Counted from the stretch's first letter, positions 26,535 through 35,438 are shown. The stretch is DNA of 56,421 nt from a virus (IMGVR_UViG_3300027887_000001:1-56421), one strand, 5' to 3'. The notes: a model not told the origin generated them from the sequence alone. Made by a program: numbers and translations.

Positions 26535-27153
26535 AATCTTTCGATCAGTGCAAGGAGAAGGACTTCTAGCTGGCACTCCCGCAACCTTTATCCGCTTACA
26601 GGGATGCACTGTAGGATGTCCTTGGTGCGATACGAAGTACACATGGAATAAAGGCGGTACCAAGCTTGGGGTTGATGAGATACTCGAAATAGCATATCCA
26701 CTTCAGCCTCTAGCTGTGATTACTGGGGGTGAACCTACATTGTACAATCTTGATGAGCTAATCAAGGGTCTGTGGGATGTGGGTCAGAAGCGCTATGGAT
26801 ATACTTTTGGGGTGCAACTCGAAACATCAGGTCAACAAGATCTCAAAGGCGAGCTTAGGCCCAACTGGATCACGTGGTCACCTAAACCAAACCTGAATTA
26901 CAATGCACCTGAGGCACTCATAAAGCAGGTTTCCGAAGTCAAGTGGGTTATAGATGACGAGATTGAGTTGGACACAATACTTACTCTAGCTGAATGGTTC
27001 AATACACATACTAGACATAAGGTTCCGTTTGTGTTGATGCCAGAAGGAACTCCTCCTACTCAGGAACACGTTGATAAGGCTCTCGAGTGGGTTGCAAATC
27101 GTAAGCACTTCCGATACGGCGATCGCATTCAATGGCGGATAGGAGTAAAATGA
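26515..27153 (+). CDS. queE: 7-carboxy-7-deazaguanine synthase QueE (radical SAM)
   Basis: Start at ATG 26515 after aaaggaga. EIFRSVQGEGLLAGTPATFIRLQGCTVGCPWCDTKY contains the CX3CX2C radical-SAM cluster. Confidence 0.85.
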   Translation: MTYQVNEIFRSVQGEGLLAGTPATFIRLQGCTVGCPWCDTKYTWNKGGTKLGVDEILEIAYPLQPLAVITGGEPTLYNLDELIKGLWDVGQKRYGYTFGVQLETSGQQDLKGELRPNWITWSPKPNLNYNAPEALIKQVSEVKWVIDDEIELDTILTLAEWFNTHTRHKVPFVLMPEGTPPTQEHVDKALEWVANRKHFRYGDRIQWRIGVK

Positions 27154-27710
27154 TGGCCAGTCCAATGCATAATGACGAAATGAGACTTGCGGATATCCTA
27201 AAAGGTATCTTTGGTATGGAAGTCTGGGACGACTCTGTAGAACAAACTGCTGCACGATGGCTTAGAGCAATGAAGGAGTTCGCGCCTGATGCAGAGCCCC
27301 CTTTTATATTCACAACGTTTCCCGCACTAGCGAATCAGATGATAGTAGTGAAGAACATCGAGTTTGCGTCACTATGCGCACATCATCTCTTTCCATACGC
27401 GGGGCTAGCCCATGTGGGATATATTCCGAACGAATTGCAAGTTGGTGTAAGCAAAATTCCGAGATTAGTACACCACTTAGCGAAGCGGCCGAGCGTGCAA
27501 GAGAAGCTTACGCGCGACGTAGCCTCGTTCATGAAGCATCAGCTATCCGCGATGGGAGTCGCAGTTGTTATACAGGCAACCCATACTTGTATGTCGTGTC
27601 GGGGAGTTAGTGAACACAATGCTATCATGAGCACATCCGAAATGCGCGGTGTGTTCTTGACGGCCTCAGAAGCACGTCAGGAGTTTCTCACCCTGGCAGG
27701 ATTGGTATAA
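27150..27710 (+). CDS. folE: GTP cyclohydrolase I (FolE type 1)
   Basis: SLCAHHLFPY (CEHH-like), VGVSKIPRLVHHLAKRPSVQEKLT, ATHTCMSCRGV. Start at ATG 27150 or 27153 after AGGAG. Confidence 0.85.
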   Translation: MMASPMHNDEMRLADILKGIFGMEVWDDSVEQTAARWLRAMKEFAPDAEPPFIFTTFPALANQMIVVKNIEFASLCAHHLFPYAGLAHVGYIPNELQVGVSKIPRLVHHLAKRPSVQEKLTRDVASFMKHQLSAMGVAVVIQATHTCMSCRGVSEHNAIMSTSEMRGVFLTASEARQEFLTLAGLV

Positions 27711-27711
27711 C

Positions 27712-27909
27712 ATGGCTACTGTTAGTCTACATCCAAACTCCAGTCTAACGGTTGTACAGAATGAGTTCATGATATATGCAACCGAAATGATATGGAATAA
27801 CAAGGTCGATCGAATCGTCAAGGAGTACGACAATCTCGATATTATTGTGTATCGACTACCAGGTACTATTCGAATCGATATCAGATTGAAAGGATTACAG
27901 CCAACATGA
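27712..27909 (+). CDS. Hypothetical protein (65 aa) between folE and the dpdA-like gene
   Basis: ATG 2 nt after the folE stop. ATGA overlap with the downstream gene. Confidence 0.45.
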   Translation: MATVSLHPNSSLTVVQNEFMIYATEMIWNNKVDRIVKEYDNLDIIVYRLPGTIRIDIRLKGLQPT

Positions 27910-28646
27910 AACTAGCTGTTATTACTCCACCCAAGGGCCTAAAGCTACTCTCGCATCATGAGTTGGGATATCATATGGTACTTCCACAGTATATGACTAT
28001 TCCCAGCTATGCGATATTCTATCATCGTGTTGCAAAAGGTGGGCACTTCATCATGGTAGATAACGGAGCAGCTGAACTAGGTAAGTCTATAGAATGGGCT
28101 ACCGTGCTTGATGTTGCAGATCAACTAGATGCAGCTGAGATTGTGATGCCAGATGTGCTAGACAACGCTTTGGAAACCTGGATCGAAACAGAAAAGGCGT
28201 TACCAACAGTACCTGCACGTAGGAGAGCTATGTGTCCTCAAGGTCGTTCATGGAGCGACTGGGAATCATGTCTAGAGCGTATGGTAAACGCAGGTTGCCG
28301 AACGATTTGTGTAGCAAAACGTTACGAGAAACTTCCAGGTGGACGTGCTCGTGGCGTCGAAATCATATGCAAGCACAATTGGCATCTAGACCACGATATC
28401 CATTACCTAGGAGTTCATAAAAATCCCTTAGCCGAAGCACAACTTGCAGTGAATCAGCACAACGACGATATCTCTAAGCTTGTGCGAGGTATAGATACTG
28501 CAGCACCAATTGCATATGCACAAGCTGGCATACGCTTAGACGCCACCGATTCGCATCACTCGTTGGATTGGACAAAAGAATTCCCTATTGAACTTGCGTC
28601 AAGCAATATAGCATTGCTACTTAGCATTACTGATAGCAGGAGGTAA
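27906..28646 (+). CDS. dpdA: Minimal TGT-fold DNA-guanine transglycosylase (DpdA-like)
   Basis: FIMVDNGAAE (cf. TGT DSGGFQ), VMPDVL, HYLGVHKNP (cf. YLMGVGKP), GIDTAAPIAYA (cf. FDCV.PTR). No C-terminal zinc subdomain. 246 aa. Confidence 0.6.
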   Translation: MKLAVITPPKGLKLLSHHELGYHMVLPQYMTIPSYAIFYHRVAKGGHFIMVDNGAAELGKSIEWATVLDVADQLDAAEIVMPDVLDNALETWIETEKALPTVPARRRAMCPQGRSWSDWESCLERMVNAGCRTICVAKRYEKLPGGRARGVEIICKHNWHLDHDIHYLGVHKNPLAEAQLAVNQHNDDISKLVRGIDTAAPIAYAQAGIRLDATDSHHSLDWTKEFPIELASSNIALLLSITDSRR

Positions 28647-28647
28647 T

Positions 28648-28908
28648 ATGCACATCGAAGTGAAGGATCCGCTCAAGAAAGACATTGTAGGAGTATTGTG
28701 TATCGAACGAGATTCACACTCCGCAATTATCCTAGAAGCCGAAATCGAGTACTTGGAGACTCTGGTATCGATTGCCAAGTCTCAGAAGGTGCCATTAGTT
28801 ACGCTTGTGGTACCCCATGGTGCGGTTCCTGAACTACAAGCACTAGGTTGGCAAGTTGATGACACCCGCGTTGTGCTTACGAAAGGCGGTAACGGTAATG
28901 GATCCTGA
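28648..28908 (+). CDS. Hypothetical protein (86 aa)
   Basis: aggaggtaatATG RBS. Sits between the dpdA-like gene and the polymerase. Confidence 0.5.
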   Translation: MHIEVKDPLKKDIVGVLCIERDSHSAIILEAEIEYLETLVSIAKSQKVPLVTLVVPHGAVPELQALGWQVDDTRVVLTKGGNGNGS

Positions 28909-31369
28909 AGAGAAGACATTCGAAGAGATATGGGGCATTCCAGATCCTGATGAAGAGGCTGTTGCGCCTAAAGCTCCAGGTGCTAAGTGTGCAACATGTC
29001 CTTTACGCCATCAACCTTACGTACCACACTCAGGTTCATTCGATGCATCGCTAATCATTATTGGTGAGGCACCTGGTGTAAAGGAAGTTGAGTTAGGTGC
29101 ACCATTTGTAGGACCTTCGGGTCAGCTTCTAGATACTGCTATCGAATGGGGTGGCGGTGATCCGGAAGACACATTCAGAACGAACATCGTTTGTTGCAAA
29201 CCGATTAGTCGTTCACCTGATATGGCTTCTGTAGGATGCTGTCATGACCGCCTGATAAAAGAACTCGAACAGTGTACATCGGATAAGATTCTCGTATTAG
29301 GTATGACAGCTACAGACGCCTTGGATTTTGCACCACAGCAAGGTGTGTGGCAGCCTTGGGGCAGTGCACACGCGCTAGTTGCCTGGCATCCGGCTTACAT
29401 CCTTCGTGACAAACCCGAAGAGGCTCCGATGTTCCTAGCTTGCGTTGCCTCAGCGGTGAAGGGGCCAGGATTTATGAAGAAGTTCAATCCTCAGCCTGTC
29501 TTCTGTAACACAGTAGAAGACTTGCAGGAGCAGTTCGCAAAATGTCCTGAGGGCTCTTGGGTAGCGCTAGATATTGAGACCGATCAGATCCAATGGTTCA
29601 ATACACCCAAGAAGTTAGCAGATGGTATCATCATGCTCCAGCTGTGCTGGGATGCGGATTATGCTGTTATCATATCGGATGCATTGATATACGATACACC
29701 CGAAGCAGTTATCTGTATCAATCAGTTCCTTGCAAAGCGTAAGATATGTGGACATAACGGGAAGTTTGACCAAGTCTTTCTGAAGTCTCATGTAGGTATT
29801 GACTTCTGGTTGGAATTTGATACTATGCTTGCTCACTATATCCTGAACGAGAATCTCAAGCACGGCTTGAAGGCGATAGCGCAACTAGAGTTTGGGATGT
29901 TCGATTACGAAGAGAAGATGTTGCACACATATCTCACTAGCCGTAATGATAGATACTCCAAGATCCCTTACGAAGAGTTTGCAGTATATGGTGGTAAGGA
30001 TGTTGCAGTAACATTAGCCCTTCGAGAGATATTCGAGGCGCGCCTTCGTAAGGAAGGGCAATATGATATGCCGTTCATGGAAATCATAATGCCTGCAGCG
30101 AATATGCTCACACAAGTAGAGTTGAAAGGTATGCATATCGACCCATCCAGGTTCGGAGCTATCTCCGCTGAATTCAAACAGCGAATCGAAGCTTCGACAG
30201 CAAAAATGCGGGAATTGGGAAACGCACCAAATCTAAATCCGAACTCGACTCAGCAGTTGGCTGTATTACTTTACGACGAGATGCATGCGCCTATTCCACA
30301 AGGCCGACAGTTCAAGGCTCGATCAACAAATAAGGATGCCTTGCAGAAGCTAAAGAAGATGACACATGATCCTGTTGTCCTGGAGTTCATAAAAGAACTC
30401 ACCGAGTATCGTCGTGTTGAAAAAATGCACAACTCATATGTAGATAACCTGCGAGATGTCATAGACATAGATAATCGTGTGCATGGCACGTTCCAAATCT
30501 TTGGAACTGAAGTAGGTAGGTTGTCCGTCAGAGATCCAGCGTTACAGACGATACCCAGACCTGATGATAGATTAGGATGGCTCATCCGAAGTATGTTTAC
30601 TGCTTCACCTGGTAACGTATTAGTCATCGGTGACTATAGTCAAGCAGAACTACGCGTATTGGCTTGTTACTCAAACGAGCCGTTCTTACTCGATGTTTAT
30701 GCGCACGGACGAGATCTTCATACTGAAGTTGCACTCAAGATGTTCGGTGAAGTGTTTACCAAGGCTGATCGAGCCAAATGCAAGATGTTCAACTTCTCAT
30801 ATGTATATGGTGGCACTGAGTATTCGTTTGCAGAAGATGCAGGTCTACCTATTGAGATAGCACATCAGTTCGTTCAAGACTATAATCGGATGATGCCTAC
30901 AGCATTAGCCTGGAAGCGAAAGCAATTCGAGACGATGCGTAAGGAAGGTGAGGTCTCTACCATCTTTGGTAGGAAGAGACGCTTCCCACTAATTGTGGAA
31001 TCCATTCTTGGCGACGTTCGCAAAGCAAGTACGCATATGGTGATATCATCTACAGCATCAGACTTAGACTTGATTTCGGCACTTGAGTTACACAATGAAG
31101 GTGTACCTATTGTACTATTAGTACACGACAGCATCATCGCGGAAGTGCCAATAGCACAGGGCAAAGACATTGGCCTGCGAATGTTTGCCAAGATGAAGGA
31201 AGTAGGAACTAGGTACTTCCCACAGATTCCGTGGGTTGCAGATGTTGAAGTACGCGATAGATGGTGTGGTGGAGATTACGAAGCGTACAATGGACCTGAA
31301 GAAGGTTGGGTCTTCCATTCAGGTGAGAAGGAAAACGATACTATGGCAGACTTAACGGTGCACGTATGA
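28898..31369 (+). CDS. Family A DNA polymerase with 3'-5' exonuclease and an N-terminal family-4 UDG-like domain
   Basis: UDG4 motifs: GEAPGVKE..GAPFVGPSGQLL, WHPAYILR, Cys CATCP/CCKP. Exo motifs: ALDIETD, GHNGKFD, YGGKDV. Pol motifs: GDYSQAELRVLA, RAKCKMFNFSYVYGG, LLVHDS. Confidence 0.9.
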   Translation: MDPEEKTFEEIWGIPDPDEEAVAPKAPGAKCATCPLRHQPYVPHSGSFDASLIIIGEAPGVKEVELGAPFVGPSGQLLDTAIEWGGGDPEDTFRTNIVCCKPISRSPDMASVGCCHDRLIKELEQCTSDKILVLGMTATDALDFAPQQGVWQPWGSAHALVAWHPAYILRDKPEEAPMFLACVASAVKGPGFMKKFNPQPVFCNTVEDLQEQFAKCPEGSWVALDIETDQIQWFNTPKKLADGIIMLQLCWDADYAVIISDALIYDTPEAVICINQFLAKRKICGHNGKFDQVFLKSHVGIDFWLEFDTMLAHYILNENLKHGLKAIAQLEFGMFDYEEKMLHTYLTSRNDRYSKIPYEEFAVYGGKDVAVTLALREIFEARLRKEGQYDMPFMEIIMPAANMLTQVELKGMHIDPSRFGAISAEFKQRIEASTAKMRELGNAPNLNPNSTQQLAVLLYDEMHAPIPQGRQFKARSTNKDALQKLKKMTHDPVVLEFIKELTEYRRVEKMHNSYVDNLRDVIDIDNRVHGTFQIFGTEVGRLSVRDPALQTIPRPDDRLGWLIRSMFTASPGNVLVIGDYSQAELRVLACYSNEPFLLDVYAHGRDLHTEVALKMFGEVFTKADRAKCKMFNFSYVYGGTEYSFAEDAGLPIEIAHQFVQDYNRMMPTALAWKRKQFETMRKEGEVSTIFGRKRRFPLIVESILGDVRKASTHMVISSTASDLDLISALELHNEGVPIVLLVHDSIIAEVPIAQGKDIGLRMFAKMKEVGTRYFPQIPWVADVEVRDRWCGGDYEAYNGPEEGWVFHSGEKENDTMADLTVHV

Positions 31370-31710
31370 GCGCAACGAAGTACATTATCAACGGAGGACG
31401 TATGCAGGGCAAATCTCTCTCCAGCGCCAGCGCTGTGCTGCTGAAGCGTGGTAGGGGATACTTCTACAAGAAGAAGTATCCTCAAGTAATGGTTTATACT
31501 AAGCACCGTTTGGAAATCGATATCCTGGAACGTCAGTTTGGGGGTAATCACTACATTCATCGAGGCGGATGGGTTTGGCTTTTGTCCGATCGCAAAGGAA
31601 TTCGAGCAATGGTAGAAAAGATGAAGCCGCACCTTCCTGTCATGGAAGAGTACGGCTTCAAGAATGTAGTTGAGAACGTTCTAGGCGGTTCTAACGAACA
31701 TGCTTCGTGA
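31366..31710 (+). CDS. Degenerate LAGLIDADG-like protein (tentative)
   Basis: LEIDILERQFGGNHYIHRGGWVWLLSDRKGIRAMVEKMKPHLPV resembles the LAGLIDADG-fold core. The N-terminal YIINGGRMQGKS lacks the acidic residues. Confidence 0.3.
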   Translation: MSATKYIINGGRMQGKSLSSASAVLLKRGRGYFYKKKYPQVMVYTKHRLEIDILERQFGGNHYIHRGGWVWLLSDRKGIRAMVEKMKPHLPVMEEYGFKNVVENVLGGSNEHAS

Positions 31711-31743
31711 CGTCCTCCTTGCACAGTGCTAAAGTGCTTAATG

Positions 31744-32004
31744 TTAGCCTGAGCGAATTTCTTTCACAAAGTCAACGGATCCCGCAGCTGTCAGTAGCAA
31801 CACTATGACTTTCCATAGTGCGTCTAGATAAGAAGCTGCTACAGGGAACTGTACGATCAGCAGGGGGATGTATAGCAGCACCAGCAACACAACGAAGGCT
31901 GCTAGAATTACCCACCACCCCTTCAAGCCCAGTTGGGTCTTGAAGAACGATGTGATTGCGATGACAAACGCAACAGTTAGAATCAGAGATGTATCTAGTG
32001 TCAT
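31744..32004 (-). CDS. Holin-like membrane protein (86 aa, 3 TM)
   Basis: Three hydrophobic helices and a charged C-terminus. Last gene of the late operon. ATGA overlap with the upstream gene. Confidence 0.5.
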   Translation of the reverse strand: MTLDTSLILTVAFVIAITSFFKTQLGLKGWWVILAAFVVLLVLLYIPLLIVQFPVAASYLDALWKVIVLLLTAAGSVDFVKEIRSG

Positions 32005-32375
32005 GTTTTACCTCCTTTCTCTGGTATGGTTACCAAACCATTCAAATCAGGTACTCCACCCAGTAAGTATACTTGATTACTCAAACGCCTTACTTGTCGC
32101 TCGAGTTCATCTATGCGCTCTTTATCCACTTTCACTTGAGCTACCAACGCATCGATGAACTCCCGTTGTGACTCAGTTAGATTGTCATAGTTCAGGCCAA
32201 TTTTACTGGCTGCATCCTTGTCGAGAAAGTTGACTTCTGCAGGAAGCTTCTTAGCCAACAAGGCATTTTGGTCTCTTACGGATCGATATGCATATACTGC
32301 AGCTATAGCGCCTGGAATGGCCATAAAGAGTGCTGGTACTACATACTGTAGTACGTATTCTAGGATTTTATCCAT
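32001..32375 (-). CDS. Membrane-anchored coiled-coil protein (lysis-associated candidate)
   Basis: Start moved to ATG 32375 (MDKILEYVLQYVVPALFMAIPGAIAAVYAY). N-terminal TM, then a heptad-like DKERIDELERQVRRLSNQV. Confidence 0.45.
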   Translation of the reverse strand: MDKILEYVLQYVVPALFMAIPGAIAAVYAYRSVRDQNALLAKKLPAEVNFLDKDAASKIGLNYDNLTESQREFIDALVAQVKVDKERIDELERQVRRLSNQVYLLGGVPDLNGLVTIPEKGGKT

Positions 32376-32683
32376 GGGATAGCCCTTTCTACAGCGCCAG
32401 CAATGATGAGTGCGAAACATGCAGTAATGATACCATGTAGACGCAATAGAGCTGACCAAATAATTGCCATATCAGAGTTTCGAAATGTGAGTGTATCGCT
32501 AAGTACATCTAGGGTGATTACATATGAGTAGAATGCAAGTTGGTGGAGTAGTAGTGCTATAATTGGTATCCCAAAGTACCAGATGTGTTTGTGCCTAATT
32601 GTCCATACGATGCTAAATACTAGTGCCACAAAGGCGATCAACCAATTTAGCATTTGAATGGGTGTTTCAGGATTTAGATTCAT
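32360..32683 (-). CDS. Multi-pass membrane protein (107 aa, holin candidate)
   Basis: Four hydrophobic segments. aggaggttacaATG RBS. Confidence 0.5.
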   Translation of the reverse strand: MNLNPETPIQMLNWLIAFVALVFSIVWTIRHKHIWYFGIPIIALLLHQLAFYSYVITLDVLSDTLTFRNSDMAIIWSALLRLHGIITACFALIIAGAVERAIPWIKS

Positions 32684-32695
32684 TGTAACCTCCTG

Positions 32696-33415
32696 TTAGA
32701 TTGGTGCGGGACACCAGTCGGGCACATCCCAGGGATTGAGAATCTTCTTCATCTTCTTGCTCCACTTGACATGTCTCGCACCCCAATCCGAGAATAGTCC
32801 GACAATCATCAAACCGGGCGAACCCGGTACCACGTAATCGACCACCAACTTCGGACGATATCCAGGTGTGGCAGATCTGGAGCTATGGAAATCATAAGAA
32901 TCATCGCTCTCGGTGTCATATTTTATCAACCAGCCATAATTGGAAACCGTTCCCCAGATCATTTTTGAAAGCTCGCTCATCCCATAGGTATCGAAAGTCA
33001 ACGGAATCTCAGTGTCCGCGGCCTGGCTGGCAGTTGTTGAGCCGGTTGCATGGGACGTTCCATCTATGTCGTTGGTGGTGTTACCAGCTCCCGGCGTTGT
33101 CCAGGAATTACCCGATTTCCAGCTATTCCATGTCACCTCCGCAGTCACCCAGTCCCGCTTTACGCGATATAGCTTTACTGAGCGCGCATTGTTGCTGTAA
33201 TCAACCTTGGTCCATATCGAGAAAGATGCGGAAGTGACAACGCTACCCAAAGGAATACTGGACAGGTCGAACTTAGCGAACGCCCGTCCAGTTTCAACAC
33301 CGCCCCACCACTCGCCAATAAATAGGCGATCTTCACTACTCTCGTTGGTATCAGAGGAAGCACTGTCGATCCACGTATCATAGCCCGAGGCTGGTTGTGA
33401 GCTATAGGTGCCCAT
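32696..33415 (-). CDS. DNRLRE-like carbohydrate-binding domain protein (tail fibre/receptor-binding candidate)
   Basis: SSEDRLFIGEWW..GRAFAKFDLSSIP...A.F.IW....VKLYRVKRDWVTAEVTWNSW...YGWLIK...RPKLVVDY matches the DNRLRE pattern from memory. Confidence 0.5.
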   Translation of the reverse strand: MGTYSSQPASGYDTWIDSASSDTNESSEDRLFIGEWWGGVETGRAFAKFDLSSIPLGSVVTSASFSIWTKVDYSNNARSVKLYRVKRDWVTAEVTWNSWKSGNSWTTPGAGNTTNDIDGTSHATGSTTASQAADTEIPLTFDTYGMSELSKMIWGTVSNYGWLIKYDTESDDSYDFHSSRSATPGYRPKLVVDYVVPGSPGLMIVGLFSDWGARHVKWSKKMKKILNPWDVPDWCPAPI

Positions 33416-33418
33416 GAC

Positions 33419-34324
33419 TCACCACCCCACCCAGAACGGATGCTTCTGAACGCGTAGGGTAAGTAATACTTGCTTCAGCGTTGCTGGAGATGACTCTAGA
33501 TTGAGCAAGAGGTATTGCGCCTCTCCTTGAATCCTCGGTGGAGTACATATACTAGCTGCTAGTACTGCTCCTGGCCATGAACTTGCTGGTGTACCAGATG
33601 CTGTCCAAACATATCCAGATGCTGTACGTGCTGCAGAAAGTGTAGGCTTACCCGCTGCAATAATAGTGTCACCTACTACTGGCGGATAGTTGGTAAGAGT
33701 ATCCTTCCAAATATCAATAACAATACTGCCAGAAGCATCAGCTGTAAGAGTCCAAGCATCGATGCGACCAGGCCATGGAATCTTGATTCCGGTAGGCAAT
33801 ACTCCAGCTGCGGGAACGGTTAGACCACTACCGATGACATACTCAATCTCATACGCACCAAAGCAGCTCATACGGTAATCATAAACCTTATCGGCTGCTA
33901 TGGTTGCAACCGATGCAGTAACATATACCAAGGCGAGACAAATTTCCCATACAGTTGACGATTGTGTCAATGCAGGAACGGATGGACTACCTGCTGGAGT
34001 ACCAGTTACCACCGCAACTGAGATTATGTTGTTGGGCCAGTCCAGCCGAAGTACGACACGATCCCATCGAGGATTCGTTGGATCGGATGCAGAGATGGCC
34101 TTTATCTGTTCTGCATCGGATTCGTAGCGATGACCCATAATCCACGCGGCACCAGATTTTACTTTTACTTGCATGCCAGTGGAATCACCGTATACCAAAA
34201 GTTCATTGAGGTATAGAGGTATGTACCCATTAGCGGGAGCTGCGCAACGCATCATGGTAGACCACTGCCCCTCCATGATACCTGAACCTGCCCCGGCATC
34301 AAACGGATAGTAGTATTCAGTCAT
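33419..34324 (-). CDS. Minor tail / receptor-binding protein candidate
   Basis: Start at ATG 34324 after AAGGAG (the ORF-track start is a TTG). Pattern GQW...VKSGAAWIMGHRY...RWDRVVLRLD is typical of siphovirus minor tail proteins. Confidence 0.45.
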   Translation of the reverse strand: MTEYYYPFDAGAGSGIMEGQWSTMMRCAAPANGYIPLYLNELLVYGDSTGMQVKVKSGAAWIMGHRYESDAEQIKAISASDPTNPRWDRVVLRLDWPNNIISVAVVTGTPAGSPSVPALTQSSTVWEICLALVYVTASVATIAADKVYDYRMSCFGAYEIEYVIGSGLTVPAAGVLPTGIKIPWPGRIDAWTLTADASGSIVIDIWKDTLTNYPPVVGDTIIAAGKPTLSAARTASGYVWTASGTPASSWPGAVLAASICTPPRIQGEAQYLLLNLESSPATLKQVLLTLRVQKHPFWVGW

Positions 34325-34325
34325 A

Positions 34326-35438
34326 TTACTTACTCCTTTCAAGGAAGTTTACACGTCGTGCGTATGGAGACTTATTTAGCTCGGCTTGACTCAATCCGAA
34401 TTGACCTAACTCGAATCGAGTCTTGATACCTTCTTGGTTGACTACCAAACCAGCTTCTTGTACTTGACTTGAAATCCATGTGCCATCCACATCTACATCT
34501 ACTGTATCACCTAGGTAGAAATCCGTATTGAATCGCATAGTCGGTAGTTCGATGGGTTCTACATGCAACTGTACCTTCTGAAGTGTATTCTCGAAACGTG
34601 ATAGGATTTCTGTATGCATAATAGTCGTATCGGTTGTATCTCGTCTATCTGCAAACTCTTCTAGGCGGCCGCATAATATAATACTATCGGAATCACCCTC
34701 TTCATAAAAGGTACGAGCAGTTAGATCACCACCACCACCACATACAAAGTAGTTTGCCGTAGCAATATCAAGAGTATATTCCAACGAGCTAAGATTACCT
34801 AAGTCTGGTGAGAAACGTACCGAAGCTCGCTTATCGGCGGGAACATAGATGTCAAAGACATCTGCAACCGTTTGGAATCCCAATCCAGATACATTGGCAA
34901 TTCCAGTAAGGATGTCCATTAGGTTTTCAAATCGTGCTTTGGCTGTAAGGGATACGCCACGAGTAAGATCTGTCCCAATAGTTAGCCATGAGAAGCTACG
35001 CGGGAGGGTAGCGTTCGAGCCTGCATTATAGGATACGAATTGCTTCATAATAGTTTCGGCAGGTCCCGTACGAGTATCGTATGCTGAACTTGTATAAGGT
35101 GGACCACTAGGCACAGGTACAGCTAGACGACCGCCTAGAAAGTATAGACCATCGCGTCCAGTGACAGAAACCTCATCAACAGGATTATTTGTCGAGTTGT
35201 TCCATACTCTATTAGTATGTATCACTCGACCTGTGAATATGATGATACCATCTTCTCTAATATCGAACTTAGTCTTGTATCCGAAGTTGATGCCAGCAAG
35301 TAGCTTCGTAATTGGCACCGTCATCTCAAAACGACTAGCAGTATTGAACCGTCGAATAACTTCGAGTCTCGAGAACTCTTGTTGCCCAACAAGTACTTCG
35401 TTTTCGTAGGCATAGGCTTCGTACTGATGAGTCGTCAT
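34326..35438 (-). CDS. Tail-associated (Tal / Sipho_Gp37-like) baseplate hub protein
   Basis: Directly follows the Dit-like gene. The N-terminal pattern (SRLEVIRRFNTASRFEMTVP...IREDGIIIFTGRV) resembles the ReqiPepy6 Gp37-like family. Confidence 0.5.
   Translation of the reverse strand: MTTHQYEAYAYENEVLVGQQEFSRLEVIRRFNTASRFEMTVPITKLLAGINFGYKTKFDIREDGIIIFTGRVIHTNRVWNNSTNNPVDEVSVTGRDGLYFLGGRLAVPVPSGPPYTSSAYDTRTGPAETIMKQFVSYNAGSNATLPRSFSWLTIGTDLTRGVSLTAKARFENLMDILTGIANVSGLGFQTVADVFDIYVPADKRASVRFSPDLGNLSSLEYTLDIATANYFVCGGGGDLTARTFYEEGDSDSIILCGRLEEFADRRDTTDTTIMHTEILSRFENTLQKVQLHVEPIELPTMRFNTDFYLGDTVDVDVDGTWISSQVQEAGLVVNQEGIKTRFELGQFGLSQAELNKSPYARRVNFLERSK

Noticed and set aside
31711-31743. Bidirectional terminator at the convergence of the two arms
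   Set aside because: Only 4-bp complementary segments are visible in the 33-nt gap. No convincing stem-loop or T/A-run could be supported.
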